A DNA stretch of 64,000 bases from Malacoraja senta (taxonomy: Eukaryota). The notes under the pieces are model-generated. The model made no database searches. It saw only the letters and a list, made by a program, of their open reading frames with translations, and was not told where the DNA came from. The stretch lies in contig JAXLNO010000201.1 of the NCBI GenBank assembly GCA_038087875.1, forward strand, positions 1-64,000, written 5' to 3'. Positions 43,101-58,100 of the stretch are shown here, one piece after another. The position numbers and the translations under genes are program-made. How positions within the stretch are numbered: the stretch's first letter is position 1; each line of letters opens with the position of its first letter.

Positions 43101-46100
43101 TGCCGGATTATAGCGACATCGCCGGAAATATGGCGACCTAGCCGGATTTGAGGCCACCTTGCCGGATTTATGGCGACATTGCCGAAAATATGGCGACCTT
43201 TCCTGATTTGTGGCCACCTTGCTGGATTTATGGCGACCTTGACGGAAATATGGCGACCTTGCCGGGTTTGTGGCGACCCTGCGGGATTTATGGCGACCTT
43301 GCCGGATTTGTTGCGGCCTTGCCGGATTCATGGCGAACTTGCCGCAAATGTGGCGACCTTGCCGGAATTGTGGCGACCTTGCCTGATTTGTGGCGACCTT
43401 GCGGGATTTGTGGAGACCTTGCCGGATTTATGGCGACCTTGACTGAAATGTAGCGACCTTGCCGGATTTGACGCGACCCAGCCGTATTTATGGCGTCCGT
43501 GCCGGAAATAAGCCGACCTTGCCGGATTTGAGGCAACCTTGCCGGAAATATGGCGACCTTGCCGGATTTATGGCGTCCAAGCCGTTTTTATGGCGACCGT
43601 GCCGTAAATACGTCGACCTTGCCGGATTTATGGCGACGTTGCGGATTTATGGCGATCTTGCCGGATTTATGGCGACCTTGCCGGAAATATGGCGACCTCG
43701 CCGGAATTATGGCGACCTTGCCGGATTTATGGCGACCTCGCCGGATTTATGGCGCCCTTGCCGGAAATGTGGCGACCTTGCCCGATTTCTGGCGACCTAG
43801 CCGTATTTATGGCGTCCGTGCCGGAAATAAGGCGACCTTGCCGGATTTCAGGCAACCTTGCCATAAATATGGCGACCTTGCCGGATTTATGGCGTCCAAG
43901 CCGTTTTTATGGCGACCGTGCCGGAAATACGGCGACCTTGCCGGATTTATGGCGACGTTGCGGATTTATGGCGATCTTGCCGGATTTATGGCGACCTTGC
44001 CGGAAATATGGCGACCTCGCCGGAATTATGGCGACCATGCCGGATTTATGGCCACCTTGCCGGAAATATGGCGACCTTGCCTGAAATGTGCCGACCTTGA
44101 CGGGTTTGTGGCGACCTTGCCGGAGTAATGGCGACCTTGCCGGGGATGTGGCGACCATCCCGGATTTGTGGCGACCTTGTAAGATTTGTGGCGACCTTGC
44201 CGGAATTGTGGCGACCTTTCCGTATTTGTGGCGACCTTACCGGATTTATGGCGACTTTGCCGCAAATGTGGCGACCTTGCCGGATTTGAGGCGACCTTGC
44301 CTGATTTATGGCGATCTTGCGGGATTTGTGGAGACCTTGCCGGATTTATGGCGACCTTGCCAGAAATGTAAAGACCTTGCCGGATTTGACGCCATCTTGC
44401 CGAATTTATGGCTACCTTGATTTAAATGTGGCGAACTTCCCGGATTTGTGGCGACCATTGCCGGATTTATGGCGACCTTGCTGGAAATATGGCGACCTTG
44501 CCCGATTTCTGGCGACCTAGCCGTATTTATGGCGTCCGTGCCGGAAATAAGGCGACCTTGCCGAATTTGAGGCAACCTTGCCGAAAATATGGCGACCTTG
44601 TCTGATTTATGGCGTCCCAGCCGGTTTCATGGTGACCGTGCCAGAAATACGGCGACCTTGCCGGAAATATGGCGACCTCGCCGGAATTATGGCGACCTTG
44701 CCGGATTTATGGCGACCTCGCCGGATTTATGGCGCCCTTGCCGGAAATATGGCGACCTTGCCGGATTTATGGCGACCTTGCCGGATTTATGGCGACCTTG
44801 CCGGAAATATGACGACCTCGCCTTATTTAAAGCGACCTTGCCTGATTTGCGGCGACCTTGCCGGATTTATGGCGACCTTACCGGATTTGAGGCCACCTTG
44901 CCGGATTTACGTCGACCTCGCCGGAAATATGGCGATCTAGCCGGATTTGAGGCCACCTTGCCGGATATATGGCGACATTGCCGGAAATATGACGACCTTC
45001 CCTGATTTGTTGCCACGTTGCCGGAATTCTGGCGACCATGCCGGGAATATGGCGACCTTGCCGGATTTGTGGCGACCTTGCCGGAATTATGGCGATGTTG
45101 TCGGAAATATGGCGACCTTGCCGGATTTGTGGCGACCTTGCCGGAAATATGGCGACCTTGCCGGATTTGTGGCGACCTTGCTGGATTTATGGCGACCTTG
45201 ACGGAAATATGGCGACCTTGCCGGGTTTGTGGCGACCTTGCGGGATTTATGGCGACCTTGCCGGATTTGTGGCGGCCTTGCCGGATTCATGGCGAACTTG
45301 CCGGAAATAGGCGTCTGCCGGATTTGTGGCGACCTTGCCTGATTTGTGGCGACCTTGCCGGATTTATGGCGACCTTGCTGGTTTATAGCGACCTTGCCGG
45401 AAATATGGCGACCTTGCCGCATTTGTGGAGACCTTGCCGGATTTATAGCGACCTTGCCGAAAATATGGCGGCCTTGTCGCATTTGTGACGACCTTGCTGG
45501 ATTTATGGAGACCTTGCCGGAAATATGCCGACCTTGCCGCATTTGTGCCGACCTTGCCGGATTTGTTGCGACCTTGCCGGGAATATGTCGACCTTGCCGC
45601 ATTTGTGGCTACCTTGCCGGATTTATTGCGACTTTGCCGGAAATATGTGGACCTTGCCGTATTTGTGGCGACCTTGCCTGATTTACGGCGACCTTGCCGG
45701 AAATATGGCGACCTTGCCGCATTTGTGGCGACATTGCCGGATTTGTGGCGACCTTGCCGGATTTATGGCGACCTTGCCGGGAAAGTGGCGATCTTGCCGG
45801 ATTTGAGGCCACCTTGCCGGATTATAGCGACATCGCCGGAAATATGGGGACCTAGCCGGATTTGAGGCGATCTTGCTGGATTTATGGCGACCTTGACGGA
45901 AATATGGCGAACTTGCCGGAAATAGGCGACTGCCGGATTTGTGGCGAAGTTGCCTGATTTGTGGCGACCTTGCCGAATTATGGCGACCTTGCCGGAAATA
46001 TGGCGACCTCTCCGGATTTATGGCGACCTTGTAGGATTTGTGGCGACCTTGCCGGAAATATGGCGACCGCGCCTTATTTAAAGCGACCTTGCCGGATTTG

Positions 46101-49100
46101 CGGCGACCTTGCCGGATTTATGGCGACCTTGCCGGATTTGAGGCCACCTTGCCGGATTTACGTCGACCTCGCCGGAAATATGGCGATCTAGCCGGATATG
46201 AGGCCACCTTGCCGGATATATGGCGACATTGCCGGGAATATGGCAACCTTCCCTGATTTGTTGCCACGTTGCCGGAATTCTGGCGACCATGACGGGAATA
46301 TTGCGACTTTGCCGGATTTGTGGCGACCTTGCCGGAATTATGGCGGTTGTCGGAAATATGGCGACCTTGCCGGATTTGTGGCGAACCCTGCCGGAAATAT
46401 GGCGACCTTGCCGGATTTGTGGCGATCTTGCTGGATTTATGGCGACCTTGACGGAAATATGGCGACCTTGCCGGGTTTGTGGCGACCTTGCGGGATTTAT
46501 GGCGACCTTGCCGGATTTGTGGCGGCCTTGCCGGATTCATGGCGAACTTGCCGGAAATAGGCGTTTGCCGGATTTTTGGCGACCGTGCCTGATTTGTGGC
46601 GACCTTGCCGGATTTATGGCGACCTTGCCGGATTTATGGCGACCTTGCCGGAAATATGTGTACCTTGCCGCATTTGTGGCGACCTTGCCTGATTTATGGC
46701 GACCTTGCCGGAAATATGGCGACCTTGCCGCATTTGTGGCGGCATTGCCGGATTTGTGGCGACCTTGCCGGATTTATGGCGACCTTGCCGGATTTATGGC
46801 GACCTTGCCGGAAATATGGCGACCTTGCCGGATTTGTGGCGTCCTTGCGGGGTTTATTGCGACCTTGCCGGAAATATGGCGACCTTGCCGGTTTTGTGGC
46901 GACCTTGCCGCATTTATGGCGACCGTGCCGGAAATATGACGACCTTGCCGGATTTGTGGCGACCTTGCCGGATTTATGGCGATCGTGCCGGAAATATGGC
47001 GAACTTGCCGGATGTATGGCGACCTTGACGGAAATATGGCGACCTTCCCTGATTTGTGGCCACCATGCCGGATTTATGGCGACCTTGCCGGAAATATGTC
47101 GACCTTGCCGGATTTGTGGCGACCTTGCCGGAAATATGGCGACCTTGCCGGATTTGTGGCGACCTTGCCGGATTTATGGCGACCTTGCCGAAAATATGGC
47201 TACCTTGCCGGATTTGGGCGACCTTGGCGGATTCATGCGACCTTGCCGGAAATATGGCGACGTTGCCAGATTTGTGGGACCTTGCGGGATTTATGGCGAC
47301 ATTGCCGGAAATATGGCGACCTTGTCGGATTTGCGGCGACCTTGCCTGATTTGTTGAGACCTTGCCGGAAATGTGGCGACCTTGCCGGATTTGTGGCGAC
47401 CTTGCCGGATTTATGGCGACCTTGTGGGATTTGTGGCGACCTTGCCGTATTTATGGCGACCTTGCCGGCAATGTGGCGACCTAGCCGGACTTGTGGCGAC
47501 CTTGTCGGATTCATGGCGACCTTGCCGGAAATGTGGTGACCTTGCCGGATTTGTGGCGAGGATGCCGGATTTATGGCGACCTTGCCGGAATGTTGGGACC
47601 TTGCTGGATTTGTGGCGACCTTGCTGAATTTATGGCTACCTTGATTGAAATGTGGCGACCTTGCCGGATTTGTCGCTACCTTGCCGGATTCGTGGAGACC
47701 TTGCCGGGTTTATGGCGACCGTGCCGGAAATATGGCGACCTTGCCGGATTTGTGGCGACCTTGCCGGAAATATGGCGACCTTGCCGGGAAAGTGGCGATC
47801 TTGCCGGATTTGAGGCCACCTTGCCGGATTATAGCGACATCGCCGGAAATATGGGGACCTAGCCGGATTTGAGGCCACCTTGCCGGATTTATGGCGACAT
47901 TGACGGAAATATGGCGACCTTTCCTGATTTGTGGCCACCTTGCTGGATTTATGGCGACTTTGACGGAAATATAGCGAACTTGCCGGGTTTGTGGCGACCT
48001 TGCGGGATTTATGGCGTCCTTGCCGGATTTGTGGCGGCCTTGCCGGATTCATGGCGAACTTGCCGGAAATAGGCGACTGCCGGATTTGTGGCGAAGTTGC
48101 CTGATTTGTGGCGACCTTGCCGAATTATGGCGACCTTGCCGGAAATATGGCGACCTCTCCGGATTTATGGCGACCTTGTAGGATTTGTGGCGACCTTGCC
48201 GGAAATATGGCGACCGCGCCTTATTTAAAGCGACCTTGCCGGATTTGCGGCGACCTTGCCGGATTTATGGCGACCTTGCCGGATTTGAGGCCACCTTGCC
48301 GGATTTACGTCGACCTCGCCGGAAATATGGCGATCTAGCCGGATATGAGGCCACCTTGCCGGATATATGGCGACATTGCCGGGAATATGGCAACCTTCCC
48401 TGATTTGTTGCCACGTTGCCGGAATTCTGGCGACCATGACGGGAATATTGCGACTTTGCCGGATTTGTGGCGACCTTGCCGGAATTATGGCGGTTGTCGG
48501 AAATATGGCGACCTTGCCGGATTTGTGGCGAACCCTGCCGGAAATATGGCGACCTTGCCGGATTTGTGGCGATTTTGCTGGATTTATGGCGACCTTGACG
48601 GAAATATGGCGACCTTGCCGGGTTTGTGGCGACCTTGCAGGATTTATGGCGACCTTGCCGGATTTGTGGCGGCCTTGCCGGATTCATGGCGAACTTGCCG
48701 GAAATAGGCGTTTGCCGGATTTTTGGCGACCGTGCCTGATTTGTGGCGACCTTGCCGGATTTATGGCGACCTTGCCGGATTTATGGCGACCTTGCCGGAA
48801 ATATGTGTACCTTGCCGCATTTGTGGCGACCTTGCCTGATTTATGGCGACCTTGACGGAAATATGGCGACCTTGCCGCATTTGTGGCGGCATTGCCGGAT
48901 TTGTGGCGACCTTGCCGGATTTATGGCGACCTTGCCGGATTTATGGCGACCTTGCCGGAAATATGGCGACCTTGCCGGATTTGTGGCGTCCTTGCGGGGT
49001 TTATTGCGACCTTGCCGGAAATATGGCGACCTTGCCGGTTTTGTGGCGACCTTGCCGCATTTATGGCGACCGTGCCGGAAATATGACGACCTTGCCGGAT

Positions 49101-49700
49101 TTGTGGCGACCTTGCCGGATTTATGGCGATCGTGCCGGAAATATGGCGAACTTGCCGGATGTATGGCGACCTTGACGGAAATATGGCGACCTTCCCTGAT
49201 TTGTGGCCACCATGCCGAATTTATGGCGACCTTGCCGGAAATATGTCGACCTTGCCGGATTTGTGGCGACCTTGCCGGAAATATGGCGACCTTGCCGGAT
49301 TTGTGGCGACCTTGCCGGATTTATGGCGACCTTGCCGAAAATATGGCTACCTTGCCGGATTTGGGCGACCTTGGCGGATTCATGCGACCTTGCCGGAAAT
49401 ATGGCGACGTTGCCAGATTTGTGGGACCTTGCGGGATTTATGGCGACATTGCCGGAAATATGGCGACCTTGTCGGATTTGCGGCGACCTTGCCTGATTTG
49501 TTGAGACCTTGCCGGAAATGTGGCGACCTTGCCGGATTTGTGGCGACCTTGCCGGATTTATGGCGACCTTGTGGGATTTGTGGCGACCTTGCCGTATTTA
49601 TGGCGACCTTGCCGGCAATGTGGCGACCTAGCCGGACTTGTGGCGACCTTGTCGGATTCATGGCGACCTTGCCGGAAATGTGGTGACCTTGCCGGATTTG
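37200..49700 (+). repeat. Satellite domain C: most divergent monomers, amplified as 2.1-4.0 kb blocks
   Basis: Domain-enriched variants are ccttatttaaagcgacc, tttgaggccacc, ccaagccgttttt, gattatagcgacatcgcc and gggaaagtggcga. Block offsets are 3986, 3845, 2675 and 2147. Confidence 0.8.
38950..45870 (+). repeat. Near-identical ~2.9 kb blocks at offset 3986 (~38950-41880 vs ~42935-45865)
   Basis: A long run of identical ORF translations: 39564..40142 = 43550..44128, 40102..40434 = 44088..44420 and 41540..41821 ~ 45525..45806. Confidence 0.9.
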
Positions 49701-49925
49701 TGGCGAGGATGCCGGATTTATGGCGACCTTGCCGGAATGTTGGGACCTTGCTGGATTTGTGGCGACCTTGCTGAATTTATGGCTACCTTGATTGAAATGT
49801 GGCGACCTTGCCGGATTTGTCGCTACCTTGCCGGATTCGTGGCGACCTTGCCGGGTTTATGGCGACCGTGCCGGAAATATGGCGACCTTGCCGGATTTGT
49901 GGCGACCTTGCCGGAAATATGGCGA
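45910..49925 (+). repeat. Duplication with 2147-bp offset (~45910-47778 vs ~48057-49925)
   Basis: ORF pairs 45961/48108, 46596/48743, 46976/49123 and 47491/49638 match. Shared short monomers are ggatttgggcgaccttggcggattcatgcgacc and tttgtgggacc. Confidence 0.9.
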
Positions 49926-51789
49926 AATTGCCGGAAATGTGGCGACCTTGCCGGATTTGTGGCGACCTTGCCGGATTTATGGCGTCCTTGCCGGAAATGT
50001 GGCGACCTTGCCGGATTTATGGCGACCTTGTCGGATTTGAGACGACCTTGCCGGATATATGGCGACGTTGCCGGAAATGCGGCGACCTTGCCTGAAATGT
50101 GGCGACCTTGATGGATTTGTGGCGACCTTGCCGGATTTACGGCGACCTTGCCGGGGATGTGGCGACCTTGCCGTATTTGTGGCGACTTTGCAGAATTTAT
50201 GTCGACCTTGCCGCAAATGTGGTGACCTTGCCGGATTTGTGGCGACCTTGCCGGATTTATGGAGACCTTGTGGGATTTGTGGCGGCCTTGCCGGATTTAT
50301 GGCGACCTTGCCGGCATTGTGGCGACCTAGCCGGACTTGTGGCGACCCTGCCGGATTCATGGCGACCTTGCCGGAAATGTGGTGACCTTGCCGGATTTGT
50401 GGCGAGGATGCGGGATTTATGCGACCTTGCCGGAATGTTGCGACCTTGCCGAATTTATGGCTACATTGATTGAAATGTGGCGACCTTGCCGGATTTGTCG
50501 CCACCTTGCCGGATTTGTGGCGACCTTGCCGGATTTATGGCGACCTTGCCGGAAATATGGCGACCTTGCCGGATTTGTGGCGACCTTGCAGGAAATATGG
50601 CGACCTTGCCGGAAATGTGGCGACCTTGCCGGATTTGTGGCGACCTTGCCGGATTTATGGCGTCCTTGCCGGAGATGTGGCGACCTTGCCGGATTTATGG
50701 CGACCTTGTCGGATTTGAGACGACCTTGCCGGATTTCTGGCGACGTTGCCGGAAATGCGGCGACCTTGCCTGAAATGTGGCGACCTTGCCGGATTTGTGG
50801 CGACCTTGCCGGAAATATGGCGACCTTGCCGGAAATGTGGCGACCTTGCCGGATTTGTGGCGACCTTGCCGGATTTATGGCGTCCTTGCCGGAAATGTGG
50901 TGACCATGCCGGATTTGTGGCGACCTTGCCGGATTTATGGCGACCTTGTGGGATTTGTGGCGACCTTGCCGGATTTATGGCGACCTTGCCGGCAATGTGG
51001 CGACCTAGCCGGACTTGTGGCGACCCTGCCGGATTCATGGCGACCTTGCCGGAAATGTGTTGACCTTGCCGGATTTGTGGCGAGGATGCCGGATTTATGG
51101 CGACCTTGCCGGAATGTTGCGACCTTGCGGGATTTGTGACGACCTTGCCGAATTTATGCATACCTTGATTGAAATGTGGCGACCTTGCCGGATTTGTCGC
51201 CACCTTGCCGGATTTGTGGCGATCTTACCGGATGTATGGCGACCTTGCCGGGAATATGGCGACATTCCCGGATTTGTGGCGACCTTGCCGGAAATGTGGC
51301 GACATTGCCGGATTTGTGGCGACCTTGCCGGATTTTTGGCGTCCTTGCCTTAAATGTGGCGACCTTGCCGGGTTTATGGCGACCTTGTCGGATTTGAGAC
51401 GACCTTGCCGGATTTATGGCGACGTTGCCGGTAATGCGGCGACCTTGCCTGAAATGTGGCGACCTTGACGGATTTATGGCGACCTTGCCGGATTTATGGC
51501 GACCTTGCCGGGGATGTGGCGACCTTGCCGGATTTGTGGCGACCTTGCCGGATTTATGGCGACCTTGCCGGAAATATGGCGACCTTGCCGGATTTGTGGC
51601 GACCTTGCAGGAAATATGGCGACCTTACCGGAAATGTGGCGACCTTGCCGGATTTGTGGCGACCTTGCCGGATTTATGGCGTCCTTGCCGGAGATGTGGC
51701 GACCTTGCCGGATTTATGGCGACCTTGTCGGATTTGAGACGACCTTGCCGGATTTCTGGCGACGTTGCCGGAAATGCGGCGACCTTGCC

Positions 51790-53880
51790 GGAAATGTGGC
51801 GACCTTGCCGGATTTGTGGCGACCTTGCCGGATTTATGGCGTCCTTGCCGGAAATGTGGTGACCATGCCGGATTTGTGGCGACCTTGCCGGATTTATGGC
51901 GACCTTGTGGGATTTGTGGCGACCTTGCCGGATTTATGGCGACCTTGCCGGCAATGTGGCGACCTAGCCGGACTTGTGGCGACCCTGCCGGATTCATGGC
52001 GACCTTGCCGGAAATGTGGTGACCTTGCCGGATTTGTGGCGAGGATGCCGGATTTATGGCGACCTTGCCGGAATGTTGCGACCTTGCGGGATTTGTGACG
52101 ACCTTGCCGAATTTATGCATACCTTGATTGAAATGTGGCGACCTTGCCGGATTTGTCGCCACCTTGCCGGATTTGTGGCGATCTTACCGGATTTATGGCG
52201 ACCTTGCCGGGAATATGGCGACATTCCCGGATTTGTGGCGACCTTGCCGGATTTATGGCGACCTTGCCGGGGATGTGGCGACCTTGCCGGATTTGTGGCG
52301 ACCTTGCCGGATTTATGGCGACCTTGCCGGAAATATGGCGACCTTGCCGGATTTGTGGCGACCTTGCAGGAAATATGGCGACCTTGCCGGAAATGTGGCG
52401 ACCTTGCCGGATTTGTGGCGACCTTGCCGGATTTATGGCGTCCTTGCCGGAGATGTGGCGACCTTGCCGGATTTATGGCGACCTTGTCGGATTTGAGACG
52501 ACCTTGCCGGATTTCTGGCGACGTTGCCGGAAATGCGGCGACCTTGCCTGAAATGTGGCGACCTTGCCGGATTTGTGGCGACCTTGCCGGAAATATGGCG
52601 ACCTTGCCGGAAATGTGGCGACCTTGCCGGATTTGTGGCGACCTTGCCGGATTTATGGCGTCCTTGCCGGAAATGTGGTGACCATGCCGGATTTGTGGCG
52701 ACCTTGCCGGATTTATGGCGACCTTGTGGGATTTGTGGCGACCTTGCCGGATTTATGGCGACCTTGCCGGCAATGTGGCGACCTAGCCGGACTTGTGGCG
52801 ACCCTGCCGGATTCATGGCGACCTTGCCGGAAATGTGGTGACCTTGCCGGATTTGTGGCGAGGATGCCGGATTTATGGCGACCTTGCCGGAATGTTGCGA
52901 CCTTGCGGGATTTGTGACGACCTTGCCGAATTTATGCATACCTTGATTGAAATGTGGCGACCTTGCCGGATTTGTCGCCACCTTGCCGGATTTGTGGCGA
53001 TCTTACCGGATTTATGGCGACCTTGCCGGGAATATGGCGACATTCCCGGATTTGTGGCGACCTTGCCGGATTTATGGCGACCTTGCCGGGGATGTGGCGA
53101 CCTTGCCGGATTTGTGGCGACCTTGCCGGATTTATGGCGACCTTGCCGGAAATATGGCGACCTTGCCGGATTTGTGGCGACCTTGCAGGAAATATGGCGA
53201 CCTTGCCGGAAATGTGGCGACCTTGCCGGATTTGTGGCGACCTTGCCGGATTTATGGCGTCCTTGCCGGAGATGTGGCGACCTTGCCGGATTTATGGCGA
53301 CCTTGTCGGATTTGAGACGACCTTGCCGGATTTCTGGCGACGTTACCGGAAATGCGGCGACATTGCCTGAAATGTGGCGACCTTGCCGGATTTGTGGCGA
53401 CCTTGCCGGAAATATGGCGACCTTGCCGGAAATGTGGCGACCTTGCCGGATTTGTGGCGACCTTGCCGGATTTATGGCGTCCTTGCCGGAAATGTGGTGA
53501 CCATGCCGGATTTGTGGCGACCTTGCCGGATTTATGGCGACCTTGTGGGATTTGTGGCGACCTTGCCGGATTTATGGCGACCTTGCCGGCAATGTGGCGA
53601 CCTAGCCGGACTTGTGGCGACCCTGCCGGATTCATGGCGACCTTGCCGGAAATGTGGTGACCTTGCCGGATTTGTGGCGAGGATGCCGGATTTATGGCGA
53701 CCTTGCCGGAATGTTGCGACCTTGCGGGATTTGTGACGACCTTGCCGAATTTATGCATACCTTGATTGAAATGTGGCGACCTTGCCGGATTTGTCGCCAC
53801 CTTGCCGGATTTGTGGCGATCTTACCGGATTTATGGCGACCTTGCCGGGAATATGGCGACATTCCCGGATTTGTGGCGAC
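51790..53880 (+). repeat. Tandem 819-bp (41-monomer) higher-order repeat, ~2.5 copies
   Basis: ORFs 51974, 52793 and 53612, and ORFs 52128, 52947 and 53766, are each exactly 819 apart with near-identical translations. Confidence 0.9.
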
Positions 53881-54170
53881 CTTGCCGGAAATGTGGCGAC
53901 ATTGCCGGATTTGTGGCGACCTTGCCGGATTTTTGGCGTCCTTGCCTTAAATGTGGCGACCTTGCCGGGTTTATGGCGACCTTGTCGGATTTGAGACGAC
54001 CTTGCCGGATTTATGGCGACGTTGCCGGTAATGCAGCGACCTTGCCTGAAATGTGGCGACCTTGACGGATTTATGGCGACCTTGCCGGATTTATGGCGAC
54101 CTTGCCGGGGATGTGGCGACCTTGCCGTATTTGTGGCGACCTTGCAGGATTTATGGCGACCTTGCCGCAA

Positions 54171-54490
54171 ATGTGGTGACCTTGCCGGATTTGTGGCGAC
54201 CTTGCCGGATTTATGGAGACCTTGTGGGATCTGTGGCGACCTTGCCGGATTTATGGCGACTTTGTCGGCAATGTGGCGACCTAGCCGGACTTGTGGCGAC
54301 CTTGCCGGATTCATGGCGACCTTGCCGGAAATGTGGTGACCTTGCCGGATTTGTGGCGACCTTGCCGGATTTATGGTGACCTTGTGGGATCTGTGGCGAC
54401 CTTGCCGGATTTATGGCGACTTTGTCGGCAATGTGGCGACCTAGCCGGACTTGTGGCGACCTTGCCGGATTCATGGCGACCTTGCCGGAA
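54171..54490 (+). repeat. Tandem duplication of 160 bp (8 monomers)
   Basis: 54171-54330 and 54331-54490 both read atgtggtgac...cttgtgggatctgtgg...tttgtcggcaatg...ctagccggac...tcatggcgaccttgccggaa, with one difference (ggagac vs ggtgac). Confidence 0.9.
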
Positions 54491-55149
54491 ATGTGGTTAC
54501 CTTGCCGGATTTATGGCGACGATGCCGGATTTATGGCGACCTTGCCGGAATGTTGCGACCTTGCTGGATTTGTGGCGACCTTTCCGAATTTATGGCTACC
54601 TTGATTGAAATGTGGCGACCTTGCCGGATTTGTCGCCACCTTGCCGGATTTGTGGCGACCTTGCCGGATTTATGGCGACCTTGCCGGAAATATGGCGACC
54701 TTGCCGGATTTGTGGCGACCTTGCCGGAAATATGGCGACCTTGCCGGAAATGTGGCGACCTTGCCGGATTTGTGGCGACCTTGCCGGATTTATGGCGTCC
54801 TTGCCGGAAATATGGCGACCTTGCCGGATTTATGGCGACCTTGTCGGATTTGAGACGACCTTGCCGGATTTATGGCGACGTTGCCGGAAATGCGGCGACC
54901 TTGCCTGAAATGTGGCGACCTTGATGGATTTGTGGCGACCTTGCCGGATTTACGGCGACCTTGCCGGGGATGTGGCGACCTTGCCGTATTTGTGGCGACT
55001 TTGCAGAATTTATGGCGTCCTTGCCGGAAATGTGGTGACCTTGCCGGATTTGTGGCGACCTTGCCGGATTTATGGCGACCTTGTGGGATTTGTGGCGACC
55101 TTGCCGGATTTATGGCGACTTTGTCGGCAATGTGGCGACCTAGCTGGAC

Positions 55150-58100
55150 TTGTGGCGACCTTGCCGGATTCATGGCGACCTTGCCGGAAATGTGGTGACC
55201 TTGCCGGATTTATGGCGACGATGCCGGATTTATGGCGACCATGCCGGAATGTTGCGACCTTGCTGGATTTGTGGCGACCTTTCCGAATTTATGGCTACCT
55301 TGATTGAAATGTGGCGACCTTGCCGGATTTGTCGCCACCTTGCCGGATTTGTGGCGACCTTGCCGGATTTATGGCGACCTTGCCGGAAATATGGCGACCT
55401 TGCCGGATTTATGGCGACCTTGTCGGATTTGAGACGACCTTGCCGGATTTATGGCGACGTTGCCGAAAATGCGGCGACCTTGCCTGAAATGTGGCGACCT
55501 TGATGGATTTGTGGCGACCTTGCCGGATTTACGGCGACCTTGCCGGGGATGTGGCGACCTTGCCGTATTTGTGGCGACTTTGCAGAATTTATGGCGACCT
55601 TGCCGCAAATGTGGTGACCTTGCCGGATTTGTGGCGACCTTGTCGGATTTATGGCGACCTTGTGGGATTTGTGGCGGCCTTGCCGGATTTATGGCGACCT
55701 TGCCGGCATTGTGGCGACCTAGCCGGACTTGTGGCGACCCTGCCTGATTCATGGCGACCTTGCCGGAAATGTGGTGACCTTGCCGGATTTGTGGCGAGGA
55801 TGCGGGATTTATGGCGACCTTGCCGGAATGTTGCGACCTTGCTGGATTTGTGGCGACCTTGCCGAATTTATGGCTACATTGATTGAAATGTGGCGACCTT
55901 GCCGGATTTGTCGCCACCTTGCCGGATTTGTGGCGACCTTGCCGGATTTATGGCGACCTTGCCGGAAATATGGCGACCTTGCCGGATTTGTGGCGACCTT
56001 GCAGGAAATATGGCGACCTTGCCGGAAATGTGGCGACCTTGCCGGATTTGTGGCGACCTTGCCGGATTTATGGCGTCCTTGCCGGAGATGTGGCGACCTT
56101 GCCGGATTTATGGCGACCTTGTCGGATTTGAGACGACCTTGCCGGACTTCTGGCGACGTTGCCGGAGATGCGGCGACCTTGCCTGAAATGTGGCGACCTT
56201 GCCGGATTTGTGGCGACCTTGCCGGAAATATGGCGACCTTGCCGGAAATGTGGCGACCTTGCCGGATTTGTGGCGACCTTGCCGGATTTATGGCGTCCTT
56301 GCCGGAAATGTGGTGACCTTGCCGGATTTGTGGCGACCTTGCCGGATTTATGGCGACCTTGTGGGATTTGTGGCGACCTTGCCGGATTTATGGCGACCTT
56401 GCCGGCAATGTGGCGACCTAGCCGGACTTGTGGCGACGCTGCCGGATTCATGGCGACCTTGCCGGAAATGTGGTGACCTTGCCGGATTTGTGGCGAGGAT
56501 GCCGGATTTATGGCGACCTTGCCGGAATGTTGCGACCTTGCTGGATTTGTGACGACCTTGCCGAATTTATGCATACCTTGATTGAAATGTGGCGACCTTG
56601 CCGGATTTGTCGCCACCTTGCCGGATTTGTGGCGATCTTACCGGATTTATGGCGACCTTGCCGGGAATATGGCGACATTCCCGGATTTGTGGCGACCTTG
56701 CCGGAAATGTGGCGACATTGCCGGATTTGTGGCGACCTTGCCGGATTTTTGGCGTCCTTGCCGGAAATGTGGCGACCTTGCCGGGTTTATGGCGACCTTG
56801 TCGGATTTGAGACGACCTTGCCGGATTTATGGCGACGTTGCCGGAAATGCGGCGACCTTGCCTGAAATGTGGCGACCTTGACGGATTTATGGCGACCTTG
56901 CCGGATTTATGGCGACCTTGCCGGGGATGTGGCGACCTTGCCGTATTTGTGGCGACCTTGCAGGATTTATGGCGACCTTGCCGCAAATGTGGTGACCTTG
57001 CCGGATTTGTGGCGACCTTGCCGGATTTATGGAGACCTTGTGGGATTTGTGGCGACCTTGCCGGATTTATGGCGACTTTGTCGGCAATGTGGCGACCTAG
57101 CTGGACTTGTGGCGACCTTGCCGGATTCATGGCGACCTTGCCGGAAATGTGGTGACCTTGCCGGATTTATGGCGACGATGCCGGATTTATGGCGACCTTG
57201 CCGGAATGTTGCGACCTTGCTGGATTTGTGGCGACCTTTCCGAATTTATGGCTACCTTGATTGAAATGTGGCGACCTTGCCGGATTTGTCGCCACCTTGC
57301 CGGATTTGTGGCGATCTTACCGGATTTATGGCGACCTTGCCGGGAATATGGCGACATTCCCGGATTTGTGGCGACCTTGCCGGAAATGTGGCGACATTGC
57401 CGGATTTGTGGCGACCTTGCCGGATTTTTGGCGTCCTTGCCTTAAATGTGGCGACCTTGCCGGGTTTATGGCGACCTTGTCGGATTTGAGACGACCTTGC
57501 CGGATTTATGGCGACGTTGCCGGTAATGCGGCGACCTTGCCTGAAATGTGGCGACCTTGACGGATTTATGGCGACCTTGCCGGATTTATGGCGACCTTGC
57601 CGGGGATGTGGCGACCTTGCCGTATTTGTGGCGACCTTGCAGGATTTATGGCGACCTTGCCGCAAATGCGGTGACCTTGCCGGATTTGTGGCGACCTTGC
57701 CGGATTTATGGAGACCTTGTGGGATCTGTGGCGACCTTGCCGGATTTATGGCGACTTTGTCGGCAATGTGGCGACCTAGCCGGACTTGTGGCGACCTTGC
57801 CGGATTCATGGCGACCTTGCCGGAAATGTGGTTACCTTGCCGGATTTATGGCGACGATGCCGGATTTATGGCGACCTTGCCGGAATGTTGCGACCTTGCT
57901 GGATTTGTGGCGACCTTTCCGAATTTATGGCTACCTTGATTGAAATGTGGCGACCTTGCCGGATTTGTCGCCACCTTGCCGGATTTGTGGCGACCTTGCC
58001 GGATTTATGGCGACCTTGCCGGAAATATGGCGACCTTGCCGGATTTGTGGCGACCTTGCCGGAAATATGGCGACCTTGCCGGAAATGTGGCGACCTTGCC

